Origin: Eledone cirrhosa
Lineage: Eukaryota
Direction: 5' to 3'
Length of the DNA: 64,000 bases
NCBI GenBank assembly: GCA_964016885.1
Contig: OZ024742.1
Location: forward strand, 7,378,001-7,442,000
Both the position numbers and the translations under genes were made by a program. This document shows, in pieces, positions 53,100 to 64,000 of this stretch. The stretch's first letter is position 1. Every line of letters begins with the position of its first letter. A model generated the notes under the pieces. That model was not told the origin of the DNA, made no database searches, and was given only the letters and a program-made list of their open reading frames with translations.

Positions 53100-56000
53100 C
53101 TGTCATAGTTTCTACGACTTTCTCTGTAACTGTCATAGTTTCTACGACATTCTCTGTAACTGTCATAGTTTCTACGACATTCTCTGTAACTGTCATAGTT
53201 TCTACGACTTTCTCTATAACTGTCATAGTTTCTACGACTTTCTCTGTAACTTTCATAGTTTCTACGACTTTCTCTGTAACTCTCATAGTTTCTATGACTT
53301 TCTCTGTAACTGTCACAGTTTCTACGACTTTCTCTGTAACTATCATAGTTTCTACGACGTTCTCTGTAACTGTCATAGTTTCTACGACATTCTCTGTAAC
53401 TGTCATAGTTTCTACGACTTTCTCTGTAACTGTCATAGTTTCTACGACTTTCTCTGTAACTGTCATAGTTTCTAAGACTTTCTCTGTAATTGTCACAGTT
53501 TCTACGACATTCTCTCTAACTGTCATAGTTTCTACGACTTTCCCTATAACTGTCATAGTTTCTACGACAATCTCTGTAACTGTCAGAGTGTCTACGACTT
53601 TCCCTATAAATGTCATAGTTTCTACGACTTTCTCTGTAACTGTCATAGTTTCGACGACTTTCTCTGTAACTGTCATAGTTTCTACGACTTTCCCCATAAC
53701 AGTCATAGTTTCTACGACTTTCTCTGTAACTGTCATAGTTTCTATGACTTTCTCTGTAACTGTCATAGTTTCTACGACTTTCTCTGTAACTGTCATAGTT
53801 TCTACGACTTTCTCTGTAACTGTCATAGTTTCTACGACATTCTCTGTAATTGTCATAGTTTCTACGACTTTCCCTATAACAGTCATAGTTTCTACGACTT
53901 TCTCTGTAACTGTCATAGTTTCTATGACTTTCTCGGTAACTGTCATAGTTTCTACGACTTTCTCTGTAACTGTCATAGTTTCTATGACTTTCTCTGTAAC
54001 TCTCATAGTTTCTACGAATTTCTCTGTAACTGTCATAGTTTCTACGACTTTCTCTGTAACTGTCATAGTTTCTACGACTTTCTCTGTAACTGTCATAGTT
54101 TCTATGATTTTCTATGTAACTGTCATAGTTTCTACGACATTCTCTATAACTGTCATAGTTTCTACTACTTTCTCTGTAACTGTCATAGTTTCTACGACAT
54201 TCTCTGTAACTGTCATAGTTTCTACGACTTTCTCTGTAACTGTCATAGTTTCTACGACATTCTCTATAATTGTCATAGTTTCTACGACTTTCTCTGTAAC
54301 TGTCATAGTTTCTACGACATTCTCTGTAACTGTCATAGTTTCTACGACATTCTCTGTAACTGTCATAGTTTCTACGACTTTCTCTGTAACTGTCATAGTT
54401 TCTATGACTTTTTCTGTAACTGTCATAGTTTCTATGAATTTCTCTATAACTGTCATAGTTTCTATGACTTTCTCTGTACCCATCATAGTTTCTACTACTT
54501 TCTCTGTAACTGTCATAGTTTCTACGACTTTCTCTGTAACTGTCATAGTTTCTACAACTTTCCCTATAACTGTCATAGTTTCTACGACTTTCTCTGTAAC
54601 TGTCATAGTTTCTACGACATTCTGTGTAACTGTCATAGTTTCTACAACTTTCTCTGTAACTGTCATAGTTTCTAGAACTTTCCCTATAACTGTCATAGTT
54701 TCTACGACATTCTCTGTAACTGTCATAGTTTCTATGACTTTCTCTATAACTGTCATAGTTTCTACGACTTTCTCTGTAACTGTCATAGTTTCTATGACTT
54801 TCTCTGTAACTGTCATAGTTTCTACGACTTTCTCTGTAACTGTCATAGTTTCTACGACTTTTTCTGTAACTGTTATAATAGTTTCTATGACTTTCTCTGT
54901 AACTGTCATAGTTTCTACGACTTTCTCTGTAACTGTCATATTTTCTACGACTTTCTCTGTAACTGTGATAGTCTCTATGACTTTCTCTATAACTGTCATA
55001 GTTTCTACGACTTTCTCTGTAACTGTCATTGTTTCTACGACTTTCTCTGTAACTGTCATAGTTTCTATGATTTTCTCTGTAACTGTCATAGTTTCTACGA
55101 CTTTCTCTGTAACTGTCATAGTTTCTATGACTTTCTCTGTAACTGTCATAGTTTCTACGACTTTCTCTGTAACTGTCATACTTTCTATGACTTTCTCTAT
55201 AACTGTCATAGTTTCTACGACTTTCTCTGTAACTGTCATAGTTTCTACGACTTTCTCTGTAACTGTCATAGTTTCTACGACTTTCCCTATAACTGTCATA
55301 GTTTCTACGACTTTCTCTGTAACTGTCATAGTTTCTACGACATTCTCTATAATTGTCATAGTTTCTACGACTTTCTCTGTAACTGTCATAGTTTCTACGA
55401 CATTCTCTGTAACTGTCATAGTTTCTACGACTTTCTCTGTAACTGTCATAGTTTCTACGACTTTCTATGTAACTGTCATAGATTCTACGACTTTCTCTAT
55501 AACTGTCATAGTTTCTACGACTTTCTCTGTAACTTTCATAGTTTCTACGACTTTCTCTATAACTCTCATAGTTTCTATGACTTTCTCTGTAACTGTCATA
55601 GTTTCTACGACATTCTCTATAACTGTCATAGTTTCTACGACTTTCTCTGTAACTGTCATAGTTTCTATGACTTTCTCTATAACTGTCATAGTTTCTACGA
55701 CTTTCTCTGTAACTGTCATAGTTTCTACGACATTCTCTATAATTGTCATAGTTTCTACGACTTTCTCTGTAACTGTCATAGTTTCTACGACATTCTCTGT
55801 AACTGTCATAGTTTCTACGACATTCTCTGTAACTGTCATAGTTTCTACGACTTTCTCTGTAACTGTCATAGTTTCTACGACTTTCTCTGTAACTGTCATA
55901 GTTTCTATGACTTTCTCTATAACTGTCATAGTTTCTATGACTTTCTCTGTACCTATCATAGTTTCTACTACTTTCTCTGTAACTGTCATAGTTTCTACGA

Positions 56001-59000
56001 ATTTCTCTGTAACTGTCATAGTTTCTATGACTTTCTCTATAACTGTCATAGTTTCTATGACTTTCTCTGTACCTATCATAGTTTCTACGACTTTCTCTGT
56101 AACTGTCATAGTTTCTACGACTTTCCCTATAACTGTCATAGTTTCTATGACTTTCTCTGTAACTCTCATAGTTTCTACGACATTCTCTGTAACTGTCATA
56201 GTTTCTACGACATTCTCTGTAACTGTCATAGTTTCTACGACTTTCTCTATAACTGTCATAGTTTCTACGACTTTCTCTGTAACTTTCATAGTTTCTACGA
56301 CTTTCTCTGTAACTCTCATAGTTTCTATGACTTTCTCTGTAACTGTCACAGTTTCTACGACTTTCTCTGTAACTATCATAGTTTCTACGACGTTCTCTGT
56401 AACTGTCATAGTTTCTACGACATTCTCTGTAACTGTCATAGTTTCTACGACTTTCTCTGTAACTGTCATAGTTTCTACGACTTTCTCTGTAACTGTCATA
56501 GTTTCTAAGACTTTCTCTGTAATTGTCACAGTTTCTACGACATTCTCTCTAACTGTCATAGTTTCTACGACTTTCCCTATAACTGTCATAGTTTCTACGA
56601 CAATCTCTGTAACTGTCAGAGTGTCTACGACTTTCTCTGTAACTGTCATATTTTCTACGACTTTCTCTGTAACTGTCAGAGTGTCTACGACTTTCTCTGT
56701 AACTGTCATAGTTTCTACGACATTTTCTGTAACTGTCATAGTTTCTACGACTTTCCCTATAAATGTCATAGTTTCTACGACTTTCTCTGTAACTGTCATA
56801 GTTTCGACGACTTTCTCTGTAACTGTCATAGTTTCTACGACTTTCCCCATAACAGTCATAGTTTCTACGACTTTCTCTGTAACTGTCATAGTTTCTATGA
56901 CTTTCTCTGTAACTGTCACAGTTTCTACGACTTTCTCTGTAACTGTCATAGTTTCTACGACTTTCTCTGTAACTGTCATAGTTTCTACGACATTCTCTGT
57001 AATTGTCATAGTTTCTACGACTTTCCCTATAACAGTCATAGTTTCTACGACTTTCTCTGTAACTGTCATAGTTTCTATGACTTTCTCGGTAACTGTCATA
57101 GTTTCTACGACTTTCTCTGTAACTGTCATAGTTTCTATGACTTTCTCTGTAACTCTCATAGTTTCTACGAATTTCTCTGTAACTGTCATAGTTTCTACGA
57201 CTTTCTCTGTAACTGTCATAGTTTCTACGACTTTCTCTGTAACTGTCATAGTTTCTATGATTTTCTATGTAACTGTCATAGTTTCTACGACATTCTCTAT
57301 AACTGTCATAGTTTCTACTACTTTCTCTGTAACTGTCATAGTTTCTACGACATTCTCTGTAACTGTCATAGTTTCTACGACTTTCTCTGTAACTGTCATA
57401 GTTTCTACGACATTCTCTATAATTGTCATAGTTTCTACGACTTTCTCTGTAACTGTCATAGTTTCTACGACATTCTCTGTAACTGTCATAGTTTCTACGA
57501 CATTCTCTGTAACTGTCATAGTTTCTACGACTTTCTCTGTAACTGTCATAGTTTCTATGACTTTTTCTGTAACTGTCATAGTTTCTATGAATTTCTCTAT
57601 AACTGTCATAGTTTCTATGACTTTCTCTGTAACTGTCATAGTTTCTACTACTTTCTCTGTAACTGTCATAGTTTCTACGACTTTCCCTATAACTGTCATA
57701 GTTTCTACGACTTTCTCTGTAACTGTCATAGTTTCTACGACATTCTGTGTAACTGTCATAGTTTCTACAACTTTCTCTGTAACTGTCATAGTTTCTAGAA
57801 CTTTCCCTATAACTGTCATAGTTTCTACGACATTCTCTGTAACTGTCATAGTTTCTATGACTTTCTCTATAACTGTCATAGTTTCTACGACTTTCTCTGT
57901 AACTGTCATAGTTTCTATGACTTTCTCTGTAACTGTCATAGTTTCTACGACTTTCTCTGTAACTGTCATAGTTTCTACGACTTTTTCTGTAACTGTTATA
58001 ATAGTTTCTATGACTTTCTCTGTAACTGTCATAGTTTCTACGACTTTCTCTGTAACTGTCATATTTTCTACGACTTTCTCTGTAACTGTGATAGTCTCTA
58101 TGACTTTCTCTATAACTGTCATAGTTTCTACGACTTTCTCTGTAACTGTCATTGTTTCTACGACTTTCTCTGTAACTGTCATAGTTTCTATGATTTTCTC
58201 TGTAACTGTCATAGTTTCTACGACTTTCTCTGTAACTGTCATAGTTTCTATGACTTTCTCTGTAACTGTCATAGTTTCTACGACTTTCTCTGTAACTGTC
58301 ATACTTTCTATGACTTTCTCTATAACTGTCATAGTTTCTACGACTTTCTCTGTAACTGTCATAGTTTCTACGACTTTCTCTGTAACTGTCATAGTTTCTA
58401 CGACTTTCCCTATAACTGTCATAGTTTCTACGACTTTCTCTGTAACTGTCATAGTTTCTACGACATTCTCTATAATTGTCATAGTTTCTACGACTTTCTC
58501 TGTAACTGTCATAGTTTCTACGACATTCTCTGTAACTGTCATAGTTTCTACGACTTTCTCTGTAACTGTCATAGTTTCTACGACTTTCTATGTAACTGTC
58601 ATAGATTCTACGACTTTCTCTATAACTGTCATAGTTTCTACGACTTTCTCTGTAACTTTCATAGTTTCTACGACTTTCTCTATAACTCTCATAGTTTCTA
58701 TGACTTTCTCTGTAACTGTCATAGTTTCTACGACATTCTCTATAACTGTCATAGTTTCTACGACTTTCTCTGTAACTGTCATAGTTTCTATGACTTTCTC
58801 TATAACTGTCATAGTTTCTACGACTTTCTCTGTAACTGTCATAGTTTCTACGACATTCTCTATAATTGTCATAGTTTCTACGACTTTCTCTGTAACTGTC
58901 ATAGTTTCTACGACATTCTCTGTAACTGTCATAGTTTCTACGACATTCTCTGTAACTGTCATAGTTTCTACGACTTTCTCTGTAACTGTCATAGTTTCTA

Positions 59001-61900
59001 CGACTTTCTCTGTAACTGTCATAGTTTCTATGACTTTCTCTATAACTGTCATAGTTTCTATGACTTTCTCTGTACCTATCATAGTTTCTACTACTTTCTC
59101 TGTAACTGTCATAGTTTCTACGAATTTCTCTGTAACTGTCATAGTTTCTATGACTTTCTCTATAACTGTCATAGTTTCTATGACTTTCTCTGTACCTATC
59201 ATAGTTTCTACGACTTTCTCTGTAACTGTCATAGTTTCTACGACTTTCCCTATAACTGTCATAGTTTCTATGACTTTCTCTGTAACTCTCATAGTTTCTA
59301 CGACATTCTCTGTAACTGTCATAGTTTCTACGACATTCTCTGTAACTGTCATAGTTTCTACGACTTTCTCTATAACTGTCATAGTTTCTACGACTTTCTC
59401 TGTAACTTTCATAGTTTCTACGACTTTCTCTGTAACTCTCATAGTTTCTATGACTTTCTCTGTAACTGTCACAGTTTCTACGACTTTCTCTGTAACTATC
59501 ATAGTTTCTACGACGTTCTCTGTAACTGTCATAGTTTCTACGACATTCTCTGTAACTGTCATAGTTTCTACGACTTTCTCTGTAACTGTCATAGTTTCTA
59601 CGACTTTCTCTGTAACTGTCATAGTTTCTAAGACTTTCTCTGTAATTGTCACAGTTTCTACGACATTCTCTCTAACTGTCATAGTTTCTACGACTTTCCC
59701 TATAACTGTCATAGTTTCTACGACAATCTCTGTAACTGTCAGAGTGTCTACGACTTTCTCTGTAACTGTCATATTTTCTACGACTTTCTCTGTAACTGTC
59801 AGAGTGTCTACGACTTTCTCTGTAACTGTCATAGTTTCTACGACATTTTCTGTAACTGTCATAGTTTCTACGACTTTCCCTATAAATGTCATAGTTTCTA
59901 CGACTTTCTCTGTAACTGTCATAGTTTCGACGACTTTCTCTGTAACTGTCATAGTTTCTACGACTTTCCCCATAACAGTCATAGTTTCTACGACTTTCTC
60001 TGTAACTGTCATAGTTTCTATGACTTTCTCTGTAACTGTCATAGTTTCTACGACTTTCTCTGTAACTGTCATAGTTTCTACGACTTTCTCTGTAACTGTC
60101 ATAGTTTCTACGACATTCTCTGTAATTGTCATAGTTTCTACGACTTTCCCTATAACAGTCATAGTTTCTACGACTTTCTCTGTAACTGTCATAGTTTCTA
60201 TGACTTTCTCGGTAACTGTCATAGTTTCTACGACTTTCTCTGTAACTGTCATAGTTTCTATGACTTTCTCTGTAACTCTCATAGTTTCTACGAATTTCTC
60301 TGTAACTGTCATAGTTTCTACGACTTTCTCTGTAACTGTCATAGTTTCTACGACTTTCTCTGTAACTGTCATAGTTTCTATGATTTTCTATGTAACTGTC
60401 ATAGTTTCTACGACATTCTCTATAACTGTCATAGTTTCTACTACTTTCTCTGTAACTGTCATAGTTTCTACGACATTCTCTGTAACTGTCATAGTTTCTA
60501 CGACTTTCTCTGTAACTGTCATAGTTTCTACGACATTCTCTATAATTGTCATAGTTTCTACGACTTTCTCTGTAACTGTCATAGTTTCTACGACATTCTC
60601 TGTAACTGTCATAGTTTCTACGACATTCTCTGTAACTGTCATAGTTTCTACGACTTTCTCTGTAACTGTCATAGTTTCTATGACTTTTTCTGTAACTGTC
60701 ATAGTTTCTATGAATTTCTCTATAACTGTCATAGTTTCTATGACTTTCTCTGTACCCATCATAGTTTCTACTACTTTCTCTGTAACGGTCATAGTTTCTA
60801 CGACTTTCTCTGTAACTGTCATAGTTTCTACGACTTTCCCTATAACTGTCATAGTTTCTACGACTTTCTCTGTAACTGTCATAGTTTCTACGACATTCTG
60901 TGTAACTGTCATAGTTTCTACGACTTTCTCTGTAACTGTCATACTTTCTATGACTTTCTCTATAACTGTCATAGTTTCTACGACTTTCTCTGTAACTGTC
61001 ATAGTTTCTACGACTTTCTCTGTAACTGTCATAGTTTCTACGACTTTCCCTATAACTGTCATAGTTTCTACGACTTTCTCTGTAACTGTCATAGTTTCTA
61101 CGACATTCTCTATAATTGTCATAGTTTCTACGACTTTCTCTGTAACTGTCATAGTTTCTACGACATTCTCTGTAACTGTCATAGTTTCTACGACTTTCTC
61201 TGTAACTGTCATAGTTTCTACGACTTTCTATGTAACTGTCATAGATTCTACGACTTTCTCTATAACTGTCATAGTTTCTACGACTTTCTCTGTAACTTTC
61301 ATAGTTTCTACGACTTTCTCTATAACTCTCATAGTTTCTATGACTTTCTCTGTAACTGTCATAGTTTCTACGACATTCTCTATAACTGTCATAGTTTCTA
61401 CGACTTTCTCTGTAACTGTCATAGTTTCTATGACTTTCTCTATAACTGTCATAGTTTCTACGACTTTCTCTGTAACTGTCATAGTTTCTACGACATTCTC
61501 TATAATTGTCATAGTTTCTACGACTTTCTCTGTAACTGTCATAGTTTCTACGACATTCTCTGTAACTGTCATAGTTTCTACGACATTCTCTGTAACTGTC
61601 ATAGTTTCTACGACTTTCTCTGTAACTGTCATAGTTTCTACGACTTTCTCTGTAACTGTCATAGTTTCTATGACTTTCTCTATAACTGTCATAGTTTCTA
61701 TGACTTTCTCTGTACCTATCATAGTTTCTACTACTTTCTCTGTAACTGTCATAGTTTCTACGAATTTCTCTGTAACTGTCATAGTTTCTATGACTTTCTC
61801 TATAACTGTCATAGTTTCTATGACTTTCTCTGTACCTATCATAGTTTCTACGACTTTCTCTGTAACTGTCATAGTTTCTACGACTTTCCCTATAACTGTC
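53100..61900. repeat. Higher-order repeat, period 3123 bp (104 monomers), ~3 copies, last one internally deleted
   Basis: TCTAGA at 54671/57794; 33-bp monomer at 54868/57991; TCTCGG at 53931/57084/60207. Near-identical 594-aa ORFs at 55465 and 58588 (offset 3123). Confidence 0.9.
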
Positions 61901-64000
61901 ATAGTTTCTATGACTTTCTCTGTAACTGTCATAGTTTCTACGACTTTCTCTGTAACTGTCATAGTTTCTACAACTTTCTCTGTAACTCTCATAGTTTCTA
62001 TGACTTTCTCTGTAACTGTCACAGTTTCTACGACTTTCTCTGTAACTGTCATAGTTTCTACGACTTTCTCTGTAACTGTCATAGTTTCTACGACTTTCTC
62101 TGAAACTGTCATAGTTTCTACGACTTTCTCTGAAACTGTCATAGTTTCTACGACTTTCTCTGTAACTGTCATAGTTTCTATGACTTTCTCTGTAACTGTC
62201 ATAGTTTCTACGACTTTCTCTGAAACTGTCATAGTTTCTACGACTTTCTCTGTAACTGTCATAGTTTCTACGACTTTCTCTGTAACTGTCATAGTTTCTA
62301 CGACATTTTCTGTAACTGTCATAGTTTCTACGACTTTCCCTATAACAGTCATAGTTTCTACGACTTTCTCTGTAACTGTCATAGTTTCGACGACTTTCCC
62401 CATAACAGTCATAGTTTCTACGACTTTCTCTGTAACTGTCATAGTTTCTATGACATTCTCTATAACTGTCATAGTTTCTACGACTTTCTCTGTAACTGTC
62501 ATAGTTTCTATGACTTTCTCTATAACTGTCATAGTTTCTACGACTTTCTCTGTAACTGTCATAGTTTCTACAACTTTCTCTGTAAGTGTCATAGTTTCTA
62601 CGACATTCTCAGTAACTGTCATAGTTTCTACGACTTTCCCTATAACAGTCATAGTTTCTACGACTTTCTCTGTAACTGTCATAGCGTCTATGACTTTCTC
62701 TGTAACTGTCATAGTTTCTACGACTTTCTCTGTAACTGTCATAGTTTCTATGACTTTCTCTGTAACTGTCATAATTTCTACGACTTTCTCTGTAACTGTC
62801 ATAGTTTCTACGACTTTCTCTGTAACTTTCATAGTTTCTATGACTTTCTCTATAACTGTCATAGTTTCTACGACTTTCTCTGTAACTGTCATAGTTTCTA
62901 TGATTTTCTCTGTAACTGTCATAGTTTCTACGACATTCTCTATAACTGTCATAGTTTCTATGAATTTCTCTGTAACTGTCAGAGTGTCTACGACTTTCTC
63001 TGTAACTGTCATAGTTTCTACGACTTTCTCTGTAACTGTCATAGTTTCTATGATTTTCTCTGTAACTGTCATAGTTTCTACGACATTCTCTATAACTGTC
63101 ATAGTTTCTACGACTTTCTCTGTAACTGTCATAGTTTCTATGACTTTCTCCATAACTGTCATAGTTTCTACGACTTTCTCTGTAAATGTCATAGTTTCTA
63201 CGACATTCTCTATAATTGTCATAGTTTCTACGACTTTCTCTGTAATTGTCATAGTTTCTACGACATTCTCTGTAACTGTCATAGTTTCTGTGACTTTCTC
63301 TGTAACTGTCATAGTTTCTATGACTTTCTCTATAACTGTCATAGTTTCTATGACTTTCTCTGTACCTATCATAGTTTCTAAGACTTTCTCTGTAACTGTC
63401 ATAGTTTCTACGACTTTCTCTGTAACTGTCATAGTTTCTACGACATTCTCTATAATTGTCATAGTTTCTACGACTTTCTCTGTAACTGTCATAGTTTCTA
63501 CGACATTCTCTGTAACTGTCATAGTTTCTACGACATTCTCTGTAACTGTCATAGTTTCTACGACTTTCTCTGTAACTGTCATAGTTTCTACGACTTTCTC
63601 TGTAACTGTCATAGTTTCTATGACTTTCTCTGTAACTGTCACAGTTTCTACGACATTCTCTGTAACTGTCATAGTCTCTATGACTTTCTGTGCAACTGTC
63701 ATAGTTTCTACGACTTTCCCTATAACTGTCATAGTTTCTCCGACTTTCTCTCTAACTGTCATAGTTTCTACGACAATCTCTGTAACTGTCAGAGTGTCTA
63801 CGACTTTCTCTGTAACTGTCATATTTTCTACGACTTTCTCTGTAACTGTCAGAGTGTCTACGACTTTCTCTGTAACTGTCATAGTTTCTACGACATTTTC
63901 TGTAACTGTCATAGTTTCTACGACTTTCCCTATAACTGTCATAGTTTCTACGACTTTCTCTCTAACTGTCATAGTTTCTACGACAATCTCTGTAACTGTC

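Larger units (their letters stand above)
1446..64000. repeat. 30-bp satellite array, ~2,080 head-to-tail monomers, consensus GTAACTGTCATAGTTTCTACGACTTTCTCT; continues past right edge
   Basis: Exact 30-bp periodicity (two monomers per 60-base line), most monomers within a few substitutions of consensus, occasional 24/28/29/33-bp monomers. No inversions or foreign insertions seen. Confidence 0.99.

Noticed and set aside
1446-64000. CRISPR array (30-bp repeats with internal palindrome)
   Set aside because: Repeats are head-to-tail with no unique spacers, and there is no leader or cas gene.
1446-64000. Variant order as an information-storing code or diversity cassette system
   Set aside because: The order of variants is explained by nested tandem duplications. 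No recombinase, reverse transcriptase or expression locus is present in the window.

Overview
No gene can be supported in this window; it is almost entirely tandem-repeat DNA and looks eukaryotic. Bases 1-~1372 are a nearly C-free (GTT)n/GGAGTGAGT low-complexity tract containing ~3 exact 250-bp copies. A ~75-bp unique AT-rich linker follows. From ~1446 to the window end is a single-orientation 30-bp satellite array of roughly 2,080 monomers (consensus GTAACTGTCATAGTTTCTACGACTTTCTCT, 11/30 GC). Rare monomer variants show nested higher-order repeats with periods of ~1.38-1.41, ~2.43, ~4.8, 1.593, 6.132 and 3.123 kb. The giant ORFs arise because four of six frames of the 30-mer lack stops, and they are broken by frameshifts and stops copied between repeat blocks. 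The most interesting signals are two overlapping quasi-palindromes in the monomer that many variants perfect, a 12+6+12 internal structure, and rare variants shared by the two ends of the array but not seen in the middle. I found no convincing new biological system. All coordinates and periods were read by eye.
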